A DNA stretch of 64,000 bases from Camelus ferus (taxonomy: Eukaryota). The position numbers and the translations under genes were made by a program. The stretch is from positions 107,944,001-108,008,000 of the forward strand of contig NC_045696.1 in the NCBI RefSeq assembly GCF_009834535.1, in the 5' to 3' direction. Under the pieces are notes generated by a model that made no database searches, was not told the origin of the DNA, and saw only the letters and a list, made by a program, of their open reading frames with translations. Shown here piece by piece: positions 24,016 to 36,429 of this stretch (position 1 is the stretch's first letter; the number at the start of each line of letters is the position of its first letter).

Positions 24016-25057
24016 TCGCCTGCCGCAGCTGAAGTGGGGCCGTCAGGGGCGCTGCGAGATCCGCCGTGGCCGCTGCGGATGCAGTTCCGTGGATTGCGGC
24101 TCTGTGGGGACGCGCGATTCGTGGTGTTTAGTACTATTTGGCGAATGCGAGTTTTTCTCTCGGATTTATTACTGTGATTGTTTATTATTATTGTTATCGC
24201 TCTTGTTGTTATCGTCAGTAGTTGTTTTGCCATCCTGGAGCACACTGGTTGGTTCCATTGAGGACGGAGGCTGCGGACAGGTAGCCCTCACCGCTGACCA
24301 GAGACACCTCTTCACTCCGATCCTACCAGTGGCCCGCACCTGCGCCACATGTCATTATGAAGTAGTGAGCAAGTTGTATGAATTTTGAAAGAAGAGGTAT
24401 TTGTTAACTTGTTAAATATAACACAAATATTGCCGTATAAATACATAAAGCCGTATAAAACCAATGTACACCTTATGAATGATTCTGAGACATACATCCT
24501 TATAACCACTCCTGAAATTTAACACCATGTAAAATGGGCTGGGTTAAAACATAAACCACCTCAATAGCTGGGAGGACTCAGCTTGAGAAGGGCCTCCCCA
24601 AATTGCCTGCCTTCCTTGTAATTGACACAGGAACTCCTCCGCCTCCTGCCCGTAATCATGTGCTCTGTAAGAGTAGATTTAAAAAATCTGAAATTGTAAA
24701 ATTCTTTTTTTGTTTCTTTTGTTTTCATATTCTTTTTTATTATAGGTTACTATAAGATATTGAATATTGAAATTAAAACGTCCTTAATTAAAAAGACAAA
24801 TAAATAAATATACATAAGCATATACGTAACTTAATAAATAAATCAACCAAGAGATTGAACAGCATGAGTAAGGAGCACCTAGTGGTAGGGGGTAGGAGGT
24901 ATGTGAGGACTTAAAAATAGCCAATGACTAGGTGGTCTGCAAGGACAGGTCCTGGGCACCTGGCTATCCTCACCCTGTCACTAGCACCCAGCACAACACC
25001 AGGCATATAATAGGTACTCTGTGTGTATTTAGAGTTCAAGGAAAGGAAAAAAATACA

Positions 25058-25394
25058 CAGTTGCCCCTTGAACAAGATTGTAGGGGAGGGGTGGAGTTAG
25101 GGGCACGAACCACCCATTCACCTCCTGCTCAATAGAAAATGCTCTGTACCGTTATCTCTGCCTAAAAAACAAAGGCATGGATAAATGACTCACCCAAGGG
25201 CAGGAAGCTGAAAAGTCTGGATAAAATCAGGACTCAAACCCTAGTTCTTTTGATTCCACATATTGTGATCTCTAATCGAACACAAACATTCCCCCCGTCT
25301 GTAAGATGAAAATGCAAGTACCATATTTATTGAAAAATATCTGTGTATAAGTGAACCTGCAAAGTTCAAATGCTTATTGTTCAAGGGTCAACTG
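25058..25394. mobile_element. Tigger2-type non-autonomous element with both TIRs
   Basis: Left CAGTTGCCCCTTGAACAA and right TTGTTCAAGGGTCAACTG followed by TA. Confidence 0.8.
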
Positions 25395-26159
25395 TATAAG
25401 CTCCCCAAACATGCTTTGCCTACTGAACAATTTCATCCAGGGTCAATTCTTCCAATAGCTAAAATGATGTGCTCTCTGAGATGCCTCCATGACTTGGAAA
25501 GAGGTCATTATACTTCAAACTTCATACTGCTTTCCAGTTTTATTTAAGCTCTTTTGCATGCATTAGGGTATCTTATTTGAGACTTAGAGCAGTCCTGTAA
25601 GAAAAGTAGGGCAGGACAGAAGGACTTTGCAAAGGTCACAGTGTAATGCATACCTATGAGGAGAAGTACATAGTGAGCTATACAACAATTTCAGTACTGC
25701 TGACCATGCCAAATCTTGCTGCATTCCTAGTTTGTCTTGACAGTTTTACTGCCTAAATTTTTACATTAGGACTTTTTGGGCTTCTTTGCCATTCACTTAT
25801 ATGCAGTATGACTTGAATTTATAAAGGACACCATATCTAATTTGAAATTTGATTCAGTACGATGGAATCAGCATCTCTGTCCTAAGTATCGTGGTGAATT
25901 TGGGGAGAAAGCTGCCAATTTGCCATCCGTTATTGAGAACTCCAGCTCTGTGGTTGGTGATGGGAATACAAAGAATAGAAAATGAGTAAGACATAATCTT
26001 TGCTCTCAAGGGTTTATGGATGAATTAGGGAGAAGGACTTGGGAATAAATGAGTGTTTAATTTATTTGGCTGGTCGGGGAACAGTCCTAAGCACGATTAA
26101 TTCTATTAGGGGTAGGGAGAGAGTGTGGGTAAGTCTTTTCAGAGAAGAAAACATCTGAT

Positions 26160-26700
26160 TTTTTTATATGGAAAAAGATCAAATACTGCAAAAGTAGAGA
26201 ATAATATGATGAACTACTTACTATGCCTCATTACTCAGCTTCAACAGTTAGCATCCGATGGCCAATTTGTTCCTTCTGTACCCTCATCTCTCTCTCTCCC
26301 TGGATTATTCTGAAGCAAGTTACAGAAGCATATTATTTCACCCATAGATATTTTACTATGTATCTCTAAAAACTAAGGTCTATTTAAAAAAAAAACAACA
26401 AAAATACTTATTTTTAAAAATCAACAATTTCTTAACATCTAGTCAGCATTCAGAATGTCCCAACTTTCTCATTAATGTTTTCTATAGTTTATTCCTTCAA
26501 GTCAGGATTCAGACAAGGTCCTCACGATCCTCTATTTGGTAGAAACCCTTAAATGTTTTTTTTCCTTGCACTTTATATATTGCAGAAATTCATTGTTAGG
26601 TCCTGTGGATTTTCCCACATTCTGCACTTGGCCAATTACACCCCTGCGATGTTGTTTAATATGTCCCTCTACCCCTATATTTCTCATAAATAGAACTAGA
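26160..26700 (-). mobile_element. L1MC-type 3' UTR fragment
   Basis: gcaaaagtagagaataatatgatgaac...cagcttcaacagtt...ggattattctgaagcaag...tatgtatctctaaaa. Confidence 0.65.
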
Positions 26701-26719
26701 GACTTGATCAGATTTAGGA

Positions 26720-28870
26720 AAATACAACCGATAAAAAAGAAAAAATCATTCAATCAAAAACAAGCCCAGACCTGTCACAAATGTTAGAATTAGCAGATAA
26801 AGACATTAAAGGAGTTACTCTAATTGTATTCCAAATGTTCAAAAAGGTAAGTAGACCCATGAGAGATATAAAAAGACCCAAATTTTACTCCTACAGATGA
26901 AGACAACAATGTTTGAATAAAAATACCCTGGATAGATTAATGGTAAATTAGACATTTCCAAAGAAAATATTGGTGAACTTGAAGTCACACCAACAGAAAT
27001 TTGCATAATGAAGGAAACACAGGGAAAAAAAAAGATTTTGAAAACATAAAGAGCATCAGTGAATTGTGTGACAATTTCAAGTGGCCTAATGTATGTGCAA
27101 ATGAAATCTCCAAAGGAAAGAAATGGGGACAAAAAAAATTTGGATAAATAATGGCCAAAAATTCCCCAAATTGATGAAAACTATATATTCACAGATCTAA
27201 GAATTTCAACACACCCTAAACACAAGAAACATAAAGAAAGGCACATCATAATCAAATTGCTCAAAGCCAGTAATAAAGAATCTTGAAAGTAGCCAGAGAA
27301 AAGAAATATATTATGTAAAGAGGAACAAAGAAAATTGACAGTAGATCTCTTGTTAGAAACAATACAAGCAAGAAAAGAGTGGAACAACATCTATAAAGTA
27401 CTGAAAGAAATCTATCAAGCTAGAATTCTATTCTTGTCTAAAGATTTCTCAAAAATAAAAGCAAAATAAAGACTTTTTCAGATGCACAATAGTAAAAGAA
27501 TTCATCATAGCAGACCTGTGCTATAACAAGTGCTAAGAAGTCCTACATGCATAAGGAAAATGGCACCAAATGGAATTACGGATCTACAGAAAGGAAGGAA
27601 GAGTGAAAAAATAGTAACTGCATGTATACGTACATAAAAATCTTATAGTTGTTTATTAAAATCTCTTTAAAAGGTGATTGATTATTTAAATAAAAAGATA
27701 CAATGTATTGTGGATATGATCACCAGATAAAATAGAGGATGCCCATTTAAATTTGAATTTCAAATAATTGTTACCTTTTTAGTATAAGTATTTCTAAATA
27801 TTGCATGTAACATGCTTATTTAATGAAGATATTTGTTATTTATCTGAAATTTAGATTTTACTTGCTGTCCTTTATTTTTATTTGCTACATCTGGCAACCC
27901 AATTTTGAGGTTTATAATATATGACAAAAACAGCAAAAAGGCTAAGAGAGGAAATAAAAGGATGCTGCTATAAGTTTATTATACTGTACTGATACATGAA
28001 GTGGTATAATTTCACTTGAACATAAATTTTGATAAGTTAAAGACCCATGCTATAAACCCTAAAGCAGCTATTAAAATAACAAGACAGTAATAAGCTGGTA
28101 GGGCAACAAAGGAATTAAAATTTAAACATAAAAATTTTAATTAATCCAAAAGAAGATAGAAAAAGAGGAAGAAACAACAAAGGATCATTTGGAAAAGTAA
28201 AAAACGATTAATGAGATGATAGACTTAAACCAAATCATATTAATAATCACATTAAAAGTAAATGGATTGAACACCTCCAATTAAAAGGCAGAGACTAGAT
28301 TAAAAAGAAGATACAATATGCTGCTTACAAGTAATACATTTTAAATACATAGATACAAATAGTTTAAAAGTAAAAGGATGGAAAAAGAGTTACTAAACAA
28401 ACAAAAGAAAATTAGTCAAAAGAAAAGATTGCCGAGCAAAGAATATTATCAGAAGAAGTTCGTTTCATAATGATAAAGGGGTCAATTCAAGATGACATAA
28501 CAATTCTGAATGTTTATGTACTTAATAACAGAGCTTTGAAGTACATGAAGCAAAAGTGGAAATAGACAAATCCACAACCATAGTTGTAGATTTCAACCCT
28601 TCTTCTAGTAATTGATAGAACAAGCAGACAGAAAATTGGCAGATATAAAAGATTTGGGCAACATTATCAAGCAGCTTCACCTAATTGACATTTGTAGGAC
28701 ACTCCATCCAATAAAAGAATTTACATACTTTCTAAATGCACTTGGAATATTTACTAAGATAGACTAGATTTTGTGCTATGAAACAAAGCTCAATAAATTT
28801 AAAACTATTCAAGTCATACAAAACATGCTCTCTGACCACAGTGGAATTATGTTAGAAACCAGTAATACAG
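26720..28870 (+). mobile_element. Old L1M ORF1 / ORF2-endonuclease region, decayed
   Basis: aaatgttagaattagcagataaagacattaaa; atcaaattgctcaaagccag; gtagatttcaaccct; tctctgaccacagtggaatt. Confidence 0.8.
27716..27902. mobile_element. MER53 palindromic MITE nested in L1
   Basis: caccagataaaatagaggatgcccatttaaatttgaatttca ... tttttatttgctacatctggcaaccc. Confidence 0.8.
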
Positions 28871-28899
28871 CGAAACTTTAGTATATTCCCTCCCTCTTA

Positions 28900-29270
28900 C
28901 CGTGACCCCCAAACCCGTTCCTCTTCCCATGTTACCTTCTCATCTTAGGTCAAGATCCTATTATCCACTTGGTTACTGGTTAATTAATCCAGAAATTCTT
29001 AATTCCTCCTGCTGCCTCATCTCTCTTACAGAACAAATCTCCAAATTCTGCTGACTTTTCTTTCAAATTGTTTCTCAAATCTGTTTGCTCCTCTCACGGT
29101 CTGTTACTGCTGCCTCAGTCGTCAGCAGTTCAGATCATCACCATATGTCTTGTGAGTCTATACCAGCCACCTAGCTGTTCTCTCTGCCTTCCATCTTGCC
29201 CCCCTTTCACTCACTTTCCACATGTGGCTGAGCATGGTGAACAGTTTATCACATCCTTAAAGTTTCTTAG
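28900..29270 (+). mobile_element. L2 fragment
   Basis: caaatctccaaattctgctgacttt...cctagctgttctctctgccttccatcttgccc. Confidence 0.55.
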
Positions 29271-29593
29271 CATCTGTGAATAGCTTTTATTTATTTGGAA
29301 TCTCTCCTGTTAGGAATTCTGACTCCCAGGTTGAAGCGAGAACTCACTTTCCCACCTTCTTTGTAGCTACAGGAGGATGTGACCTAGGCTCAGTCAGATG
29401 CACCATATAAGATTTTAATTAGACGAGCACAATGTAAAGAAGCAGGACATCCACAACAGAATAAAGTCGTAAGATACATGAGCAGAAGTTTCTAGAGATA
29501 TTGTTCCTTGCAGGAGGAATGTGATTATTTTGGGAAATCTGAAAAGTTTGAAGTTTGTGTTTGATTTTCTTTCTTGCTTTTCTTTTTGTTTTC

Positions 29594-29721
29594 TCCTTTC
29601 CTGTCTTCCTTCCTTCCTTCCTTCCTTCCTTCTTTCCTTCCTACCTTCCTTCCTACCTTCTTTCCATCCTTCCTACCTCCCTTCCTTCCTCCCCTCCTTC
29701 CTTCCTCCCCTCCTTCCTTCC
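29594..29721. repeat. (TTCC)n-type simple repeat
   Basis: Imperfect ccttccttcctt array; source of the low-complexity LPSF/RKEG ORFs. Confidence 0.9.
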
Positions 29722-29724
29722 TGT

Positions 29725-30270
29725 GGCAGTTTATTGAGACACAATTCATACACCCTATAAGTCACCTATTTAAAATTCAGTGGTTTTTGGTGTATTCACA
29801 GAGCTGAGCAATCAAAATTAATTTTAGAACATTTTCATCAACCCAAAGAGAAATTCCATACCCATTAAGCCACTTTCTATTTTCGCACATTGTGCCTCCC
29901 AGCAACCACTGATCTACTTTCTGTATCAATAACTATTCTGGACCTTTATATAAATAGAATCATGGAACATGTGGCTTTTGTATCTGGCTTTCTTCATATA
30001 TGTAGCATAATGTTTTCAAGGTTCACTTGTATTGTGCTGATCCACACGTCAGTATTTTATTCCTTTTTATTGCTGAGTAATATTCTCAGTGTAGCTATAT
30101 ATTTATCCATTCACCTGCTAATGACCATTTGGGTTGCTTTCAGTTTTTGGCTATTACAAATAAGAACATTCATGCATAAGTCTTTGTATGGACTTTTGCC
30201 TTCATTTCTCTTGGCTGTATGTTTAGCAGTAGAATTACTGGGTCATGTGGTACCCCTATGTTTAAAGTGT
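29725..30270 (-). mobile_element. L1MB-type 3' end
   Basis: tttattgagacacaattcatacacc...ttttagaacattttcatcaaccc...gcaaccactgatctactttctgt. Confidence 0.85.
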
Positions 30271-31099
30271 TTGATTTTCTTTGCTTGAAGGTTATGGAAA
30301 TGATTTTTGTGAGAACCAGGATGTGAGAGAAGTTGATTTTTCATTATTTCATCATTTGAGTTTTCAAAGGGCAAGCTTTTGTATACGGAAATAAAAAACA
30401 AAACAGGAAACACTTAGAGCTACACTTGTTTAATTAATGTCAAATTCGTAAAAAGGCATTCAGTTTTAAAATTCAGTTTTTCTTAGGCTTTTAAGCTTAA
30501 CTTTAAATATTGCAGTTTTATTTATTAAATGTAGTATTCTGTTGTAACTTAAAATTAGTTTATAAATATGATAAAGTTCCATGAACATTTATTATTAACT
30601 TGATTAAGTTACCAGATATTTCAAACTACAACAACAAATATAACATATTTGATTCTCTAAAGCACTTTAAACATTCAATAAACAACCTTACAAATCTAAT
30701 AGGCCAATATTCCTAAGCACTTAAACTCTATTTACAAACTTAATAACTCAAAAGTTACAGATTTTGCATCTCAGATTCCCGGAAAAATTCACTCAGTTTA
30801 CAAACATAATCAATTCAACTTTTACGCATCTCAAATTTGAATCCCCAATCTACTCTCAATTAAATTCTTTTAAATATTTCAAAATAAAATCACAAGTCTA
30901 AATTCAACATTTCAAGTACCCCATTTTTCACACAAAATGCGTCCAAATTGCCAGGATGATTAAAAAATAACTTATTCTTGAACTCAACACAAAAATGTTA
31001 AATCTTAAGTTTGAATCACTTCTTCACTCATTTGGGGACTGTGTAAGGTTGGCTAGTAGAAAAATTCAGCTAAAGTAAGGAATTACAAATAATTCTTCA

Positions 31100-31780
31100 T
31101 ACATAGTTTAATGTTTTAAGTTAATTGCTTAAAACATAAATGTTTAGCTTAGAACATATAAATATACATTTATTCGCCATATTCTTTCTCTGAATGAGTC
31201 TGTTAATTTGAGATCCAAGACACGTCATTTCATTGCATAAAGCACTCTCAAGTTGTATCCTGTATTATTTCTAGTTTGGATTCTGTTAAATTGGAGCAAA
31301 AACTTTAAGCCACTTGCAACGCAGTGTAATTGTGGATTGATTTTAGATTTTTACATTTCCTTTCAATCTTTTATTAACTGTCTTGTCCATTTTCAGTTTA
31401 AGAACTTTTTTTTTTAGCAAGTTGCCATTAGCTAGTCTTTCCAAAGCGTTCATCTTAATTTTCACAGAAATGACAACTCTCCCTTTCCACACTCATATTT
31501 CATGGGCTTATGTCATTATTTCATTAAATTAGGTAATTAGAATAACAGACACAATGAACATCTGTAAGTTTGGGAACAAACACAACTGATTCCTGGTTTG
31601 TGTTGTGACCAGCTGGTGGAACTGAAAATGCCGCTATACTAGAGAGTGACAAACTGAAAGTACTCAACTGTAAGTGTCCTGGGTACCAATTGGTATATTT
31701 TACAGAAGGAATGGAGAATGTTGGTTAATTTTAGTAACTGAGCTAAGTGGAGGTTGGTTCATAAAGCTTCAATCATTTTT
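31100..31780 (-). mobile_element. Ancient TcMar-Tigger transposase 5' remnant (Tigger15a-like)
   Basis: Minus strand near 31486-31410 translates KGRVVISVKIKMNALERLANGNLLKK, resembling the N-terminal psq-type HTH of Tigger/JRK/TIGD proteins. Frameshifted. Confidence 0.6.
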
Positions 31781-31784
31781 CATG

Positions 31785-34090
31785 GTTTTAAAGATCGAGT
31801 TATAATTTATATAAAATAAAATCTACCCCTTTGAGTGAGTGTATAATCCTATGAATTTTGACGAATGCTTGGCAGCGGTGTAATTACCCCTATCATGATC
31901 AAGATACAGAATATTTCTGTCAACCCTCAAAATGCCCTTGTGCTACTCCTTTGTAGTCAATCCCTCCCCCACTGCCCCTGCAGCCCCCACTCCTGGCAAC
32001 CACTGATGTTTGTATAATTCGCTGGAGATTCACCCAAATTGCCGTGTGTACCGTTAGTTTGTTCCCTTTTATTGCCGAGTCGTAGCTCATGGTATGGGTG
32101 TACTACAGTTTATTTGACTGTTCAACTGCTGAAGGACATCTGAGTTGTTTCCAGCTTGGGGCTATCGTGCAAAAAGCTGCCAGGAACATTCAGGTGCAGG
32201 GTTTTGTGTGAATACATGTTTTGCATTTCTCTGTGTGGTGATATTTCTTTGTGGTTTTAATTTCCCTAATAATGGCTAATGACGTTGAACATATTTTCAT
32301 ACGCTTATTTACCATCTGTATATCCTTTCTGATGGAATATCTGTCCATGTCTTTTGCCCATTTTCTAATTCGATTGTTTTTTCACCATTGAGTTTGAGAT
32401 TTCTTTATATATTCTGGAGACTAGTCTTTTGTCAGATATGTGATTTGCAAATATTTTCCTCCCAGTCTGAAAAAGCTTGTTTTATCTTTCTCTTAATAGA
32501 GTTTCCCCCCTCCCCCCAGGGCAAAAGTTTCTAATTTTGATGAAGTCTAATTTATCAATCTTTCCTTTTGCAGATCATACTTTTGGTGTTAAGTCTAAGA
32601 ACTATTTGCCTAATCCTAAATCCTGAAGATTTTGTACTGTTTTTCAAAAGTTTTATGATTTTCCATTTTACGTTACATCTATGATTCATTTTTAGTTAAT
32701 TTTTACACAAAGTGTGAGGTTTAGGTTGAGATTATTCCCGCCCCCTGCACCCCGGCAATGGATGTCCAATTGTTATGGCACCGTTGGTTGAAATGGTTCT
32801 CCTTCCTCCACTGACTAACTGTTGTGTGTTTGTCAAAAATCAGTTGGGCTTTCTAGTAACAAGGAGTATACCTAGTGTCCAGATTGTGGTTTCTAGTGTT
32901 GTTCTCCAATAAAAGGAATAGGGCTCCTTAGAGAAATTGTTGATTCTAGGACTGGCAGGAAATATGTAAGATGTTCCTGGAGCATCCTGTAGTGAAAAAG
33001 GTAAGCAATGGAATGAAAAACAAAACAAAACACATGGATGAGGGTGTGTCAAAGGTCCTTAGGAGCCAACTGGAAGAGTTCCCAGAGGCCAAAGTTGGAA
33101 CAATTTGATCAAGAAAATAAATAAACTAGTATTGGATTATAGCTCAAAGTATGAAATAAATACCCATGATTCCATACTGAGATAAATAATTGAATAATAA
33201 ATAAATGGAAGAGAATAGCAAATCTCCCATAGGGAAGAATTCCTAATAATTGATGTAGTTACTCTACCCTCAAGGTGGGATACATAACTCCCCACTCTTT
33301 TTGGGTGTGAACTGTGCATGGCGACTTCTTTTCAAAGAGTACTGTCTGGAAATAGGGGGAAAGTAACTTTATAGATGAGAAATCAGATGAACCCTACCTC
33401 ACGCAGGTGATCAGACTCAAAACCAGCAATCATAAATCATGTTGATAACATGTACTTTTGACATGAGGTGATAAAAATAACACTTTACTTCTGTTATCGT
33501 CCTTCTAATAACAATTACCACAGTCTTATCAGGAGAAAAACATTAGCCAAACTCCTATATTGGGACATTCTACAAAGTATATGACTTGTGCTCCTCCTCA
33601 GTGCCACCAGGGTGATGAAAAACAAGGAAAGTCTAAGAAATTGTCACAGCCAAGAGGAGCCTGGGAGACATGACAACCAAAAACTAAAGAAATCTGAATA
33701 CACTGTGACCATTAGTTAATAATAATGTGTGAATATTTGTTTCCTGATTGTAACAAATGTACCATCCTAATGTAAGACATTGATAAAAAGGGAAACTGGG
33801 TGCAGAGTATATGGGAACTCTTTGGACTATCTGCTTAATTTCTCTGTAAATGAAAAACGGTTCTAAAAAATAAAATCTATTTAAAAAAACATATTTGTGT
33901 GACTCTATTTCTGTGTTCTCTGTTCTGTTCCATTGATCTATTTGACGATCCCTCGGCCAGTAACACACTGTATTGGTGCTGTGTGGTATTGTCAGAGGGG
34001 TAGCTGTCTAGAGGCCTTAATAATTGAATAGTTTTTTTTTTCACCTGTTTTAAAATGAATTGTCTGTTCTCTTATTCTTGAGTTTTGAGG
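31785..34090 (-). mobile_element. L1M element (3' UTR plus ORF2 end), split by a plus-strand L1MC
   Basis: cctggcaaccactgatg; ttgtcagatatgtgatttgcaaatattttc; breaks at gtcaaaaatcagttgggc (~32849) and resumes at catatttgtgtgactctatttctg (33890). Confidence 0.8.
32850..33889 (+). mobile_element. L1MC-type 3' UTR nested in an opposite-strand L1
   Basis: aacaaggaaagtctaagaaattgtcacagccaagaggagcc...gtaacaaatgtaccatcctaatgtaaga...tatgggaactc...A-rich tail. Confidence 0.85.
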
Positions 34091-34671
34091 ATATGCCAGT
34101 GGACTAGAAAAAGCCCTCTAGCACCAGCACTAGTTGCAAGGGCTTGGCGTGCCTTGGGACCAGGTGATAGAGATTTTACAGAAGGAATGGAGAATGTTTC
34201 TTAATTTAATAATTTGGTGAAATGAAACTTGGCTATTAAAGCTTCTAGTCTTTTTATTTCAACCCTCCCCACGGTTGAAAGGACATTTACTCAACTGAAT
34301 TAACATCAGTGACTTGGAGAAGATGTGGGACTACCACATATTCCAGATTGGAGTTATCTGTTGGAGGTCAGGACATTGGACACTGGATCTAGGTTCACCT
34401 AGATTATTCCTCCTGAACTACTCTTTGAGAAGCTAGATCCCTTTTTATACTGTTTGTTTGTTTTTGTTTTTACCAAGAGAATCTCTAAGACTACACCTTT
34501 CAGCTGGAATTTAATATGTTTCATACCCTAGTGAATTGCATAGTCCCTAGGCATAACTAAAGTTATATCTTTACCTCCTCCTCCTTTTTTCACCAAAGTC
34601 TTTTTCAAACATGTTTGAATTTGGGTTGATGGGATTCTGTATGCCGCAACTAGTTCACAAGTGCCTGATGA

Positions 34672-35123
34672 AAAGATTCTTAACATTTTCCCCTCTCCAG
34701 ACCCCTCTGGCAATCTGATGACACCCATGGATCTCTTCGCAGAAAAGTGTTCTAAAATCTAATTCATAAAGTACATACAATCACGAAGGAAACCAAGTAT
34801 TAACATACAGTTATCAAGATATTAAAACACACATGCAGTATATTTACACATGCTTCTTTATTAACAGGTTAAATAGCAAGATCTAGTGACAAATTTAATT
34901 GCCATCACGATTTCAAAGTAACAACGAACAAGAATGATACTTCAAGATATTTGCAATAGCCATAAAGTTAATTGAAGATATCTGTGAATTCTATTGGTGA
35001 CAAAGCCATTGGAGCTACTAACTGCTCCAGTATATCGCCTCCAATCATAATCAAAGGAAATGCTAGATTTTTCACAGGTTATGAAAATAAAGATGTAATT
35101 TTGTTCTTCATCTGAGTTCACAG
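34672..35123. mobile_element. Charlie4a-like hAT element
   Basis: gacccctctggcaatctgatg...tgcttctttattaac...tctattggtgacaaag...gaaaataaagatgtaatt. Confidence 0.8.
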
Positions 35124-36429
35124 TTTAATGGAATCCCATTTCTGCTCTGTGAGATTCTTCACCCTTTTCACATTTTACTTTTTATTTGTCTCATCTACTA
35201 CCATTTTCTGTTCATTTTGATTCACCCCTCTGGGACACGTTTTAGAAGGAGGTTGTAGGGACTGAGGGATGTCGGTAGGTGCAGACTTGACTCCTGGAAC
35301 GGATGCCTGTCACCCTGCCCCCCACCCTTCTGTTACTCCCACACCCATGCCTCCTGCGGCCTAGCTGGCTGTTGCAAGGAACTCCTCAACCGTGAAAACC
35401 AGCCCTAGTCACTGGGAGTTAGACTCAGGACTGGTTTCCCTCTGTGCTTTGTGGATTTATCCGCAAGACCTGCCCACAACAGGTTGTTCTCTCCTTTATC
35501 ATCCTGAAACTTGTCCTGTTGGAAGTGTCTTGCTTCAGACATCCTGAATCTGGGCAGCCCTTTTGGAATGTGTGAGAATTCAAATTGTTTTCCAGTTCCA
35601 ACCTCTATAGCTCCTAGAGGGCAAAACAGAACCACACATTTAAATACTACTGATAAAGCAGAATATTGAAGACTTTGTTATGGAAAATGAGCACTCGAGG
35701 ATATAAGCAATATATTGCCAGGATTGTGAAGCTAAACCATGAAGGCAATTATTTTATTAAAGTGAGGATGACCGTTCATCCTCTGCAACATTCTTCTCTC
35801 TTCAGTTCCAATGCCTGGTAACCAGCTGTACAGTGGGACCCTCAGTGGTGAGAACAAGATGTGTTTTCTGCCTTTGGTGACACTGCTGTTTTTACCGTGC
35901 TTTTCTTGCAGTGGGACTCTTGTTGATGTCTGCCCTAGAGGTCACGGGCAGACATGTTCTAGTTCTCTTGACCAGCTCCCAGGGGACTGGGAGTGGACTG
36001 GATTCCGGCCAGGGCCATTTATTCTTGAAGAAATTAGAAACCAGCGGGATATTGCTCTGCTTATTCAGAAGGAGTAAGAAATAAACTAGCATGTGACAGG
36101 GCAAGGCAGTTTATCTCGATCTAGACAAACTTTTATTTTTATAGGTCTATAGAGGTGATAAAAATGAAGACCTGGAGGCAGATATGGCTGGTAGTAAAAT
36201 GAGAGAAAGAGAGAGAGAGAAAGAGGGATTGAGATTGATAAGGCAAGTTTCCATCCAGTAAAGGTTGTTTTCATGTAGAGTTAGGATTCTCCCCCCTTAT
36301 TCTCTTTCACAGTTCTTTTCTTTTTTTAAATTAAGAAATTTTAGAATATATAAAGCACACAGAAAAGTAGAGTTAATTGTATAATAAATATCCATGTAGT
36401 CACCACCCAGATGGGACAAGTGTTACAGC

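Larger units (their letters stand above)
23030..24350. promoter_or_regulatory. CpG island promoter
   Basis: ~1.3 kb of very GC- and CpG-rich sequence in an otherwise AT-rich, CpG-depleted window. Confidence 0.95.

Noticed and set aside
22917..24388. Many overlapping 90-190-aa ORFs on both strands
   Set aside because: Pro/Arg/Gly/Ala-rich frames expected from stop-codon scarcity in a CpG island. Most use non-ATG starts and resemble no known protein.
29521..29807. ORFs with LPSF/RKEG repeats
   Set aside because: Translations of a (TTCC)n microsatellite.
30600..31035. Mitochondrial insertion (NUMT) suggested by G-poor strand skew
   Set aside because: No recognisable mitochondrial gene, tRNA or D-loop sequence; kept only as an unexplained tract.
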